Source of the DNA: Octopus sinensis
Lineage: Eukaryota
Direction of reading: 5' to 3'
Assembly (NCBI RefSeq): GCF_006345805.1
Contig: NC_042998.1
Span: 144,150,001 to 144,214,000 of the forward strand
Length of the DNA: 64,000 nt
Part shown: positions 1 to 11,812 of the stretch, piece by piece
Layout: every line of letters starts with the position of its first letter
Position numbering within the stretch: position 1 is the first letter of the stretch
The notes under the pieces: model-generated
What the model was told of the DNA's origin: nothing
Seen by the model: only the letters and a program-made list of their open reading frames with translations
Database searches by the model: none
Program-made: the position numbers and the translations under genes

Positions 1-829
1 TATTAAATTCACAAGAAATGTTTCTTTCTTATGGTAGAAATCTTGAAAGAAATATGTTCTTTTCTAAGTGAAAATTAATGATAAAATTTTCCCTCTTATA
101 ATTCATAATGATTATCTGACCATCCCCCGTCAATTTTTATATCAAAATAAAGCAAAAACAGTCCTCTTCAGGACTATCATTTTTAACACAAATCAAGTTA
201 TAGTGCTCCAGCGTATTAAATTAGAATGAGGGCTATAGTTCAGCAATAAAAAAACAAAAACAGGACAAACTTTATGAATTAGTGGGAATACCAAAGTGAT
301 TGGAGAAACCAGGCATGATATGTAAGAGTCAGATTTTGACCAAAATTATATGAGAAGAAAGTCCACACCCAGAACTTTTGAATGATATATAACTGTCCAC
401 AGAAAACATGTATTTTGACATGAAAATGATCAAGCAAAAAGTGAGTTTTCGTATGATCAAATTGTGTTTGTCTCCCTCCCTTCTATGAGCTCTTTAGTGA
501 TACCTAGTGACAAAGGCAAAAATGAGGTGATGATGTCAATGTCTACTGGAAGAGTCTGTGACTGCAGCACAAGACTGCAGTGTGTGTGTGTGTGTGTGTG
601 GTGAAAAGTGGTGGTTGGGTCTGAGGTTCCATAAACCTCAACAATAAGGTTGGATATATTCAATCAGTCATTCATTGTTTAATCAAGGATGACCTGTGAT
701 GCAACAACATTGACAACAATCATTACTTGCAATATCTCTACTTCAATACTTCTCTTAACAACTGCAGCAGCACTGCTATTCCCAAAAGCACTTTGTTGTG
801 GTCATGACTTTAAACTGCATCTGGTAGTG

Positions 830-1450
830 GGTCCCTGACTTGGGAATTCCAGGGTTTTGTGAAACAATATCTTAGCCACTATTGTTCCCAGGTCTACTTC
901 GATCCAGAGTCGCAGCACCTGTTAAGGTCCCAGCTATGGGTTAATTAGCATAAGGGGCTTGCTAACCTAGTATATTAAGGCTAACCTAGTATATTAAGTG
1001 ACTAGAGTCCTTTGATCACCTCTGTCTATGCCGCATCCTTTGTGTCCAATGGTATCACTTTGTCTCCAACAATTCGGTGCAACACCAGTGCAAAATCACC
1101 TCCCTCTGACAAGTCATCCTAACAAGACGTCTGCATTGGTTGGATCATACCCTCCATTGTTAACCAGGAGAATTCATCTATGAAGCAATTGCCCCAGCTC
1201 CCCTTCAGGGTTGGTGAAAACGATGTGGTGGACAACGAAAAACCTGGCTGATGACAGTCAAGGCTGATCTGGAACCCAACCTAGGCTCCCATGTCTGTGA
1301 CATTCGCCACTGGAATAAGGTGTGGTTGGAGATCACCCAGTCGTTAGCCTCAAATCACCAGGCCTGGTTGGCGTTTGTGAGAGATGCAGCATTGAGCATG
1401 AAGCCAGCTCAACCCACCCCGGGTGAATGCTATCTCAAGAAGAAGATTAA
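830..1450 (+). mobile_element. RTE-clade LINE remnant (ORF2 C-terminus with stops)
   Basis: About 1120-1400 translates TRRLHWLDHTLHC*PGEF...GW*KRCGGQRKTWLMTVKADLEP...LASNHQAWLAFVRDA, matching the RTE C-terminal pattern RRLxWxGH...RxGGxRKTW...W. Segment 865-950 has an inverted homologue at about 35045-35145. Confidence 0.75.
961..998. repeat. Perfect 19-bp tandem duplication (gctaacctagtatattaag x2)
   Basis: Read directly from the sequence. Confidence 0.95.
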
Positions 1451-1629
1451 GGCCTGCCAACCAAATGATACACTGGATCCAGTCTCTCAATTTCTCTCCC
1501 ATCAATGTTTTCATGAAGAAGGACTCTATCCAGAACACTGGATTTTCCACCTCCCACAGCAAATTCACTGTATTCTTTTTATCAATTTTATTAATTTATA
1601 CAAGCAATTGGTACAGACATGCTGTGTTG

Positions 1630-2035
1630 TATAATGAGTTTGCTTCCCAACCACAAGGTCCTGAATTTGGTCCAACTGTATGGCAGCTTGGACAAATGTC
1701 TCCTACTATAGCCGTGGGTTGATTAAAACCATATAAGTGGATTTGTAGACAGAAACTGAAAGAAACTCAGTGTGTGTGTATGTGTCTGTGCGCGCGCGTG
1801 CGTGTGTGTGTGTGTGTGTCTCCTTGTTTTGACATTGTGTGAAAGTTTCAAAATGATTGTTAGTCATACAAGCAGTGCTGTTCATTTCCAGTATCCTGCA
1901 AGAACATGTCTGGCCATGGAGAAATATTATCTTGCTTGAAAACAGGTGAGGGTTGGGGACAGAAAGAGCATCTGCTTCAATAAATGTTATCTGATCTATG
2001 CAGGCATAAAAAACTGGACATTGAAATGCTGCTGA
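1630..2035 (+). mobile_element. SINE family A head + (TG)n + RTE-like tail
   Basis: Head cttcccaaccac...ttggacaaatgtct(c)ctactatagcc...gtggattt..agaaactgaaagaa recurs many times in the window; tail ends catgc..gcat..aaaa..ggacatt...gctgctgat. Confidence 0.8.
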
Positions 2036-2544
2036 TAGTAAACCTTGTTTCCATCTATCAAATTTTATTCACAAAGCATTGCACAATCTGAGATCATAAC
2101 AGAAGATTACCCCAAGGTACCAAACAGAGGAATGGAACCTGGAATCACATCGTTTGTGAAGCAAACTTCTTAACCACACAGCCATCTCGGTACCATATAT
2201 ATTCAATGTAAAGATGATAGTTGTGGTGATGGTGGATCTTTGTGATGAGGATTCAGTTTTCAATCGCCTGAATTACCTGCCCCTGAATTGATATGTAAGT
2301 GACTGAGTATTCCCCAGACACATATGTACCCTTAATGTAATTCTCAAGTAGAATGTGAATTCTAGGTACAATCCACCCAAGGGCTCCTATACAGTTTCCA
2401 TCTACCTAATTTCACTCACAAGATATGGATTGGCCCAAAGCTATACAAAATAACATTTTCCCAAGATATCATACAATGGAGTCAAATCTAGGGCCTTTGA
2501 CTGCAGAGTAACTTCTTAACCATTTAGTCACACTGTACCTAATG

Positions 2545-2745
2545 TGACCACGTGTGTATCGTTGGCAGTTTTCTTTCTCTATCTTCCCTTCCTTAGACCT
2601 TTCCTTTTTCTATGTTTCTGACGAAGAGCTCCGCTTGAAACGTTAAATCCTCCTTTCTTTCCTTTCCTTAGCATCCAATAACACTATACTTGTTCCACGC
2701 CCTTGCATTGTGTTTTCTGTTTGTTCATGTTTGGATTAACTATAT
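2545..2745 (+). mobile_element. Penelope-like element terminus
   Basis: Pyrimidine-rich stretch containing ctgacgaagagctccgcttgaaacgtt, ending in (TA)n. A related fragment lies at about 62480-62540. Confidence 0.6.
2614..2648 (+). ncRNA. Minimal type I hammerhead ribozyme-like motif (degenerate)
   Basis: GUUU-CUGACGA-A-GAGC(UCC)GCUU-GAAA-CGUU-AAAU: core, 4-bp stem II, palindromic AACGTT stem III, stem I GUUU/AAAU. Confidence 0.6.
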
Positions 2746-4139
2746 ATATATATATATAAATGTATATATATTTAATGTAGAATTGTATGAACAATATAAC
2801 CAGAGCATATATGAATTCTTACATATAACTGTGTTTATTTGAGCAGTCAATGGCAACACAGACTATAGACATAAATTCCAGTAATTTTATTGTACTGTGA
2901 TTTCCTTTTTGGTGGTGGTGGTGGTGGTGCCAAAAATTCCTACTCAAATGTATTGACCCAATTTTAGTGTATTGCAGTTGTAATTGGTGTGTGTGCGTGC
3001 GTGCATGTGTGTGTGTGTGTGTATGTATGTGTGTGTGTATGTAAGGAAAGGTTCTGAAAATAGAAGCCAGGAGTTAGAGGAGTTTTATTCAACTGTAGAA
3101 TCAAATCTTTCTTTTCACAAGTGAAGTGAAAATGGTTCCTTATTTTTTCATGTGGCTGATTGCAGAATAAAAGTAACTTTCATAGGGAGAAAAAAGTAAG
3201 GGAAGGAGAGGACAAAGACAGCTGTAGGAAGATGGTAGCCAAATGCTAAATTAAATCTTTTCTATTGTGTTATGTTAATCAGAATAAAGCAAGTGTGTGT
3301 GTGTAAAGATGTAATTTAATAAATGTTTCCATTAAGAGTCAGGGACTCCTATGAGTCTTATAGAAATCTCTGGTGTTATGCTTTTAACACATGAAAACCT
3401 TGATTATTGGCTTGATAAATTTCAACAGTTCTTCAGTTTTAACTTTTACCATTATCATTATTTTCATCACCTTCATTGTCTTTATTCTCATCCTTTCACA
3501 ATCAATTATAACATCTACTTTTATATATGTTCTATCCATGTTTATGTTTCATTTGTTTGTCAGCTTATTTTAATGTCTATTCCCCTCCCCCCGGCTTAGA
3601 TGTGAGGTGTTTGAAGTAGGATATTTATGGTTGGATGCTCTTCCTATCAACAACCTTTAACTTTTTTTCAAGTAAGGGATTATTTTATGCAAGAGGAATT
3701 TGAAAGCAGAGAGCTAGTGGGTAATTTGTTTGACAGTCCAACCATAAAATGGTGGCATCACCATTAGTGACTGAGATGGAAATGTTGATGCTATTTTAAC
3801 TGTAGACCAATGTAGGTTTTAAACATACAAACACACATGCACACACACACACACATATCATGGCAGTAAGGTTGAGGAAGACAGCCCATAGTAAATACAA
3901 CCAACCTCATTTCAAGCAGTTGTAGACAACAGTAATGTTTGTTGTAAATAACATTTTAATTGACTTTAGGGGACTTTGCCAGATGGGCTGGCTGTCTGTT
4001 GTCATTTCATTACATTCTACATGTGCCATAGAGGATGGTCCTGGGGATCTCTCCATAAGTTGAGATTCACTATAAGCAGTCCCACAATATTGGGATTTCT
4101 TCCTGTTGATATTTCCTTCAACAGGGAGGAAATAATATT

Positions 4140-4292
4140 GTCAGACAGATGTGGCATGACTGACTATGAGGTTGCTTCCCAACCACATGATTTCAGGTTC
4201 AGTAGTACCTTGGACAAGTGTCTTTTACTATAGTCCAAGGCTGACCAAAGCCTTGTGAATAGATTTGGTAAACAGAAACTTAAAGAAACTTG

Positions 4293-4333
<41 letters not shown>

Positions 4334-4650
4334 CGTGCACGTGTGTGTGCGTGCGCGTGTGCGTGTGAGAGAGAGAGACAGAGAGTATGTATATTTGTGT
4401 TCCCTTGTCTTGACATAATGTGATAGGTGTAAATGAGAGTCACTGTCATACGAGCAGCGTCATTCATTTCCAATTTACTGTGAAGAACATATCTGACCAT
4501 GGGAAACATTACCTCATTTGGAAACAGTGGGAAGTTGGTAACAGCAAAAAGCATCCAGCCATGGTAAAAAAATCTACTTCAATAAACTCCACCCGACCCA
4601 TGCAAGCATAGAAAAGAGGGCATTAAAACAATGAAGAAGATGATGATGAG
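4140..4650 (+). mobile_element. SINE family A head + (TG)n + RTE-like (GAT)n tail
   Basis: Same head as 1630; tail ggaag..ggcatccagcc...acccatgcaagcatagaaaag...gatgatgat. Confidence 0.85.
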
Positions 4651-5230
4651 ACACAAGAAACAGTCAATAACAATACAGGTATGTTTCATTACCCATGTCT
4701 CATCACTGACATATACTAACTGTTTCTACTTTGAAACACAATTTTCTTTATTATTATAGTTTAAGTTCGATGTATCATCACAGCAGTGTATATATAATGA
4801 AGAATGAAAGAAAAACACAATTACACGAGAATTAAAGGTCAGAATTGAATGATGCATTATATATGAGCTTGATATTTATAAAATAGGCCAACATCACTGA
4901 TCTTTCAAATTATCTAGATTAGCCTTTTGCTGTTTAAGTTTTCCCTTATAATTCTATAATAACTAAAAACATTATAGATTAAGTTATTTTCATAAAGTTT
5001 TATTTAAAATTTGACTTCCTAAAATATATGTTGACATTGGTTGCTCCTTTATTATTATTTTTTTTTTTGTTAGACACTACATTTTACTCTATATCATCAC
5101 CACCACCACCAACACCATCATCACCATCACCATCATTACCACCATCACCATCATAATCACCATCACTGTCATTATCACCATCATCACTATTAGCAGGGGT
5201 GGTGGTGTTTTATTGTCACCTTTTCAGTGG

Positions 5231-5276
5231 ACATTAAAATGGTGCTAACATTAAAATGGTGCTAACATTAAAATGG
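5231..5276. repeat. 17-bp tandem repeat x2.7 (acattaaaatggtgcta)
   Basis: Read directly from the sequence. Confidence 0.9.
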
Positions 5277-5499
5277 GTCAGATGAAATTTTTGGAATGAG
5301 TTTTCTACAGAGAAGTAGCCTTCTTGTCACCAACCCTCACCTGCTTCCAAACAAGGTAATATTTTTTCCTAGTCCTTCACACACAAACAGCATGATGACA
5401 GACATGTTTCCATGGAGGATTATAAATGAAAGATACAATTTGCATAACAGAGATGTTAGTACATAGGGGTGGCTATAGTGTGTGGTGGGACAAAGACAG

Positions 5500-5825
5500 G
5501 CATGAGGTATGAACTCAGAACATAAAGAGTCAAAAGAAATACAGCAAAGTACTTTTTCCAGTGTGCTAATGATTCAGCCAATCCATTATTTTTATAATAC
5601 TAATAATAATAATAATCCTTTCTAGTAAAGGCACAAGGCCTGAAATTTGGAGGCGAGAGACAGTCGATTACATCAACCCCAGTACTTAACTGGTACTTAT
5701 TTTATTGACTTCCAAAAGGATAAAAGGCAAAGTTGACCTCACAGAATTTGAACCCAGGACATGAAGTCAATCGAAATAACGCTAAGCATTGCCCAGTGCA
5801 CTGACAATTCTGCCAGCTTACCACC

Positions 5826-5858
<33 letters not shown>

Positions 5859-6030
5859 GTTTCTGATTTAAGCACAAGGTCAGCAAGTTTGAGGGAAGGG
5901 TGTCAGACCATTACATTGATTGCAACATTAGACTGGTACTTTATTTTATCAACTCCTGAGGGAGAAAAGTTAAAGCCAGTCACAGGAGAATTTGAATTCA
6001 GGATGTAAGGACCTGGAAGAAATACCACTA
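5500..6030 (-). mobile_element. Cluster of SINE family B copies separated by (TAA)n
   Basis: Reverse complement of the family B consensus (gctggcagaa..gttagc..gagttcaaat..gactttgcctttcatcc..aagtaccagtt..ccttgtgcc). Confidence 0.8.
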
Positions 6031-6189
6031 GATGGGGTTTTTCGCAATGATTTAATGATCCAACATTCCTAAATAACAACTATAAAAACAAGCCAAGGAA
6101 AAAGTGAAAGTTTTCACAGTTGTTCAACCTGCTAGAAATAGCAGTCAAATCTCCCTCAAACTAAATCTTACCGTCTTAAAAAGAAGGAA

Positions 6190-6640
6190 TGGCTGTATGG
6201 TAAGAAGTTTGCTTCTCAACCATATGGTTCTGGGTTCAGTCCTACTGCATGGTACCTTGCGCAAGTGTCTTCTACTGTAAGCCTTGTAAGTGGATTTGGT
6301 AGATGGAAACTGAAAGAAGCCTGACATGTATGTATGTATATATGTATATATGTGTGTGTGTGGTGTGTGTGTGTGTGTAAACTGAAAGAAAACCATCATG
6401 TATGTGAATATGTGAGTGTCTTTGTGTCTGTGTTTGTACCCCATCACTGCTTGACAACTGAAGTTGGTTTGATTACATCCCTGCAATTTAGCAGTTTGGC
6501 AAAAAGGAACTGATAGAATAAGTACCAGGCTTTAAAGAGAGAAAATGCTGGGGTCAATTCATTCGACTAAAATCCTTCAAGGCAAGTGCCCCAGCATGGC
6601 CACAGTCTAATGACTGAAACAAGTAAAAGACAGAAGATAT
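6190..6640 (+). mobile_element. SINE family A head + alternative tail (ends gactgaaacaagtaaaaga)
   Basis: Head ggtaagaagtttgcttctcaaccatatggttctgggttcagtcc, internal microsatellite, and a tail shared with 26705-27070 and 46345-46770. Confidence 0.85.
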
Positions 6641-6839
6641 TAGATAAGATAATCCAATATATTCTACATCCAAATAAAAGATAGAACAATCACAGTCGGA
6701 ACACCTTTGATCACTTTGATTACTGGACCAGGTCTGACCTGGGGCTAAAGACAATAATAATTATAATAACCAGCAAGTCACTTCAGCAATACCTTGATAA
6801 CAGAATTATTGCCCTACATGCTGAGTGAAAAAAATGAAA

Positions 6840-7195
6840 AATCTCTCTCTGCCTTTCTCTCACACTTTCTTTCTCTCTTTTTTCTCTGTCTCTTTCATTT
6901 CTCCCAATTTCTCTTTCTCTCTCCCTCTCTCACTTTTTTCTCTTTTTCTTTTTTCTCACACTTTCTCTTTCTCTCTATCTCTCACTTTCTCTCAAACTCT
7001 CTCTCATACACTTTATCACACATCTTTGTTTCTCTCATTTTCTCTCTCACTCACTTTATCTCTCTTCCCTCTCTCCTTTCTCTCACTCTGTCTTTCTCCC
7101 TCCTTCCCTCCTCTCTCTCCCTCTCTCTCTCTCTAACTCTAACTCTCTTTCTCTCACTCTGTCTCTCTCCATCTCTCTCTCCTCTCTCAGATTAT
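6840..7195. repeat. Polypyrimidine (TC-rich) low-complexity tract
   Basis: Almost purely C/T on the + strand; source of the spurious ORFs 6794/6825. Confidence 0.9.
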
Positions 7196-7534
7196 TAGTG
7201 TTTTGTATTTTTATATTGATCACCCTTAAAACATAATAACAGATATAAAAAACTAATTAAGGATCTTTGTCAAGAGCTGCATAGTAAAAACATGAGAGAT
7301 ACATGCACAGTGTATTCTTTTACCCAGAGAGCTATTATTGGCATCCAATGATAAAATGCTAAATCATGTTTACATAACAATAATCCTCACAGTAATGTTA
7401 TTGTTTCATAATAAAATTATAATAAGAATAGATGATGATAATGATGATAAAATTTTTTATTTCCTTTCTTTTTTTTCTTTTAAAGAATAGTTTTAAACTT
7501 TGGCCTAAGGCCAAAAATTTTATCATGATAATAA

Positions 7535-7539
7535 TGATG

Positions 7540-7589
<50 letters not shown>

Positions 7590-8041
7590 CATATTACTAT
7601 AATTATTACTAAGGCAGTGAGCGGGCGAAATGCTTAGCAGTATTTCGTCTGCCATTACGTTCTGAGTTCAAATTCCACCGAGGTCGACTTTGCCTTTCAT
7701 CTTTTCGGGGTCGATAAATTAAGTACCAGTTACGCACTGGGGTCGATGTAATCGACTTAATCCCTTTGTCTGTCCTTGTTTATCCCCTGTATGTTTAGCC
7801 CCTTGTGGGCAATAAAGAAATAAGAATCATTAGTATGCCGGGCAAAATACTAAGTGGCATTCTGTCTGTCAATATGTTCTAACTTCAAATTCCACCAAGT
7901 TTTAACTTAGTCTTTCATCCTTTCAGGGTTAATAAAATAAATACCAGTTGAACATTGGGAACAATGTAATCGACTTATCCCATTCCCCAGAATTGCTGGA
8001 CTTGACAGACAAAATGCTGCTAAGAATTTTACCTGGTGTGC

Positions 8042-8060
<19 letters not shown>
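7535..8060 (+). mobile_element. (TAA)n followed by two SINE family B copies
   Basis: B-box-like gagttcaaattcc at about 7666; the CpG-rich first copy looks young. Confidence 0.85.
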
Positions 8061-8065
<5 letters not shown>

Positions 8066-8073
<8 letters not shown>

Positions 8074-8440
8074 GAGCACTCAGAGAGTGCAAACCTCTAC
8101 CAAGGCAACACCAACGTCCTTTCAACGATTAGCCAGAGATGATTTTTTAGAATGAGAATATCTTAAATAAATTTGACCGCTCTCAACAATGAGAATACTA
8201 AATATGAACCCGACTGCTCTCAAAAATTAAATAAAAAGACAGGAAAAATAATCCAGAATCCTTGTCCAGTAACACGTCAATCCCAAAATATAATCAGTTC
8301 ATGCCAATCACAAGGCAAAACATCACTGAAAGTTTCATTCAAATCCATCCAGTGGTTCTCAAGATATTTTGTCCACAGACAAACAAACAAACATGACTGA
8401 AAATAATACCTCTGCCTTCGTTAAGGCGGAAGTAATAATA
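8066..8440 (-). mobile_element. Crypton-like non-autonomous DNA element
   Basis: Minus strand begins ttattacttccgccttaacgaaggcagagg and ends gaggtttgcactctctgagtgctcttgtt, with short subterminal hairpins and no TIR. A related copy starts at 62541. The superfamily call is from remembered terminal motifs. Confidence 0.55.
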
Positions 8441-8539
8441 GACACAAATGAGGAGTTGGCTAGTCAATTTCATTGCACACCCCACCCTCACCCCCATTCC
8501 CTAAAGGATGATAGGCAAAGTTTACTTCAACAGTATTTG

Positions 8540-8880
8540 AACACAAAATGTAAAGTGCCAGAAGAAATGCTGCTAATCATTTAGTCCAGCGCTAGTCCAG
8601 TACACTAATGATTCTGCTAGTTTGCTACCTTAATAATAATAATAATCCTTTTTACTAAAGGCACAAGGCCTGAAATTTGAGGAGAGGGGACTAATCAATT
8701 ACATCAATCCCAGTGTTTCACTGGTACTTAATTTATTGACCCTGAAAGGATGAAAGGCTAAGATGACTTTAGCAGAATTTGAACTCAGAATGTAATGTAG
8801 GATGAAATGCCACTAAGCATTTTGCTTGGCATGCTGATGATTCTGCCAGTTCACTGTCTTAATAATAATAATAATAATTT
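8540..8880 (-). mobile_element. SINE family B copies with (TAA)n
   Basis: Reverse complement of the family B consensus. Confidence 0.8.
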
Positions 8881-8884
8881 AATT

Positions 8885-9002
8885 CATTCATACATACATA
8901 CATACATACATACATACAAACAAACAAACAAACAAACAAACAAACAACAAACAAACAAACAAACAAACAAACAAACAAACAAACAAAAACAAACAAACAA
9001 AT
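8885..9002. repeat. (CATA)n-(CAAA)n microsatellite
   Basis: Read directly from the sequence. Confidence 0.95.
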
Positions 9003-9074
9003 AAATTAATTAATTAACAGAATGAGATAAAAATCCAAGGCTTCGAAAGATTTCAGAACATTTATAAATAGAAG

Positions 9075-9122
9075 GTCTTACAGCTGTTTCTGGGATATTT
9101 TATATATCCCTTCATTGGAGAC
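9075..9122 (-). ncRNA. Hammerhead ribozyme relic with mutated core (Penelope-type)
   Basis: Minus strand GUCU-CCAAUGA-A-GGGAUAU(AUAAA)AUAUCCC-A-GAAA-C(AGCU)G-UA-AGAC; stems I, II and III are intact but the core reads CCAAUGA instead of CUGAUGA. Confidence 0.5.
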
Positions 9123-9229
9123 AGTGTGAGAAAATGGTTAAGCAATAGTTATTCTAGATAAGATATGAAATAGAGAGTGAAGTGGAGGAATGAAAATAGA
9201 CATGAGATATGCAGGGATATTGTATCTGT

Positions 9230-11175
9230 AGTTCCATTACATAGCTCAAGCCAAGGAAGAGCCTAGCACTGCCAATCAGGAATGGAAAACTGACACTAGT
9301 GACTTAAGTAAGGAAAATCAGGAGATTTGAGATGTGTTGGAGGAAATAATGAATAAATAAAGAAGAAAGAAAAAGATTACCAGGATTAAAAGTTGTTAAT
9401 AGAGGGAAGTTACTAGATATTACTAGGAAAGTGGGTTCTGTTATCAGTAAGGTTGATACTAAAAATATGAGTGACACTAACTTATTGATCTATATTTGAG
9501 GTATAATAGTTATTAACAGGCTAGTTATTCCCCAAGAAAAGAATAGGAAGGAACAGATGTGGAAATAAAGTGAAGATTTAAGTCAAAATCTGAGTAGAAT
9601 AGAAGCCTGGAAACAGGACAAGTTAGGAAACACAAGATTTAAATCGTCTCTTGAGAAAAAAATACTTAGTTTGGGACAGTCATGGAAGAGCTGAAACAGC
9701 ATATCATAGCAATAGCAGGTAAGCTTTCCAAATATCAAAAAAGAATAGATCAGTATCAATATAATGGATTGTTTGAGGCAGACCAAATGAATAGTGTAGA
9801 AGAAACTACTGAAAATGAGAAACCTAATGCAGAACTGGGGTGATATTTGAGATAAGCCAGATAATCATAAATAGGATGCAGTATGGTTAAAGAAAGTGGA
9901 GAAGTAGAAGCTAGTGAGAAAAAGCTAGATCTAAAACTAGTGCATTAACAAGTAAACTGTTAAGAAGAATGCCTAATGAGAAGGGCCCAAGTCCAGATTT
10001 AGTTCAAGGGTATTGGTTTAAAATTTTAGAAACTTACATGGGAAACTGAGAGAACAGCTTCAGAGTTGCCCAAATGGAGGAATCATACCTAATGGGATAA
10101 CCAGAGGGAGAACAGTACTCCTCATGAAAGACAAAAGCAAAGGCAATATAGCTAGTAATTATAGACCAATCACTTGCTTACTATTAGTGTAGAAACTGTT
10201 AATAGTGATGCTCTCAGAAATTTATGAGCATCTTGACAGTTAGAATTTACTTCTAGAAATCTAGACAGAAGAACTAGGAAGGAATTCCATATGAAGGGAG
10301 CATCTTAGTGCAGGAGTAGCAATATTGTATTTATCTAGAAAGGAAGGTGGTAGAAATTAGCTAAATAGAGTAGATACAGCTTCCTATATAATGAGAAAAG
10401 TTTATTAACAGCTGCTAGTGTAACAATAGGAGATATGGAAATCAAAAAGCCAAATGTAGTTAAAAACAAGCAAAAAGAAGCAAGATTATCTGACTGGAGA
10501 GAGAAGGCTTTGCATGTAGATTTTCAAAGATAGTCACAGAAAATAGTAATAGCAAGACATGGCTGTAGTTGCAGACAGGAAAACTGAAAAGGGCAATAAA
10601 AAGTTTGTTAGTAGCAGCAGCAGATCAGGCATTGAGGACTAACAGGATAAAAGCCAAGATAGTAAAAAATCAGGTAGATTCTCAATGTAGGTTATGTAAA
10701 TCAAAGGAAGAAAACAGTACTCATATAATTAGCTGGAACTGAAGGAAAATAAGAAAAGATATGACAACCAAGGGAGTTATGTAGAAAGCTAGGATCTGAC
10801 CATTCTAATAAGTGGTATGAACATGAACCTAATGCTAGAAAGTAAGAAGTATAAAATGGTGTGGGATTTTAACATTCAGGCTGACAGCATAATAAAAGCC
10901 TGAAGGCCTGATTTAGTTGTAGTAGACAAAGAGAATGGAAATTAGCAAGAAATTGACTTTACAGTCCCAAATGATGAGAAAGTCAATATGAGATGTATAG
11001 AGAAAATAGCAAGGACCCAGGACCTAGCCATTGAATTACAGAGGCTGAAAACAGTATTAGGGACAGCTAAGATACTTAGGAAGATTCTTGGCATCTAAGG
11101 TTGCTTGTTGTAGCCCGGTGTTAGGAATTTTTTCTTCTCCAACAGTTTAATCTGTTTGCGTAAATGAAATAATGA
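9230..11175 (+). mobile_element. R4/Dong-clade non-LTR retrotransposon (RT + CCHC + restriction-like endonuclease), decayed and internally deleted
   Basis: MPNEKGPSPDLVQGYWFK (9969); ITRGRTVLLMKDKSKGNIASNYRPITCLLLV*KLL (about 10095-10200); DQALRTNRIKAKI..SQCRLCKSKEENSTHIIS (10623-10735); WDFNIQADSIIKA*RPDLVVVDK..EIDFTVPND (10862-10980); VLGTAKILRKILGI* (about 11098). Confidence 0.9.
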
Positions 11176-11546
11176 CTTAAGCCAGCATGCTAACTAAAGT
11201 AGCATAAAATAACTCCACGATGATGAAGATGATTTCTTTTATTGGTCACAAGGGACCAAGACACAGAGAACAATACAAGGATGAAAAGCAAACATACAAA
11301 AATGGGGTGTCGACTGAATTAAAAAAATGTGATTGAAAAACACCTGGCATAAAGCCACCTCCCTCACTACTACCACATCATCAGTGGAAAGGATTTTTCC
11401 TTCATCCAGCAAGTTACTTGGCCACCTCACTAATGCTGGCATCATGATAAAAGCACTTCATACACTCTATAAAGTGACCAGCATTAGGAAGGGCATCCAA
11501 CCATAGAAACCATGCCTAAGTAAACATTGGAGCTTGACACAGCCCT

Positions 11547-11720
11547 CTGGTGAGTTGAATCCTGTCAACCCATCTAATCCATGCCAACATGGAAGACAGA
11601 TCTTAAATTTTGGTGATGATGCTGGTAAGGATACTGGTGAGTTGAATCCTGTCAACCCATCTAATCCATGCCAACATGGAAGACAGATCTTAAATTTTGG
11701 TGATGATGCTGGTAAGGATA

Positions 11721-11723
<3 letters not shown>
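11547..11723 (+). repeat. Perfect 87-bp tandem duplication of an RTE-type 3' tail
   Basis: 11547-11633 is identical to 11634-11720, with ctg microhomology at the junctions. Confidence 0.95.
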
Positions 11724-11753
<30 letters not shown>

Positions 11754-11766
11754 GTGGTGGTGGTGG

Positions 11767-11812
<46 letters not shown>

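Noticed and set aside
6794-7198. Ser/Leu/Phe-rich ORFs (also 22177-22710 and 17931-18266)
   Set aside because: Translations of polypyrimidine or polypurine tracts.
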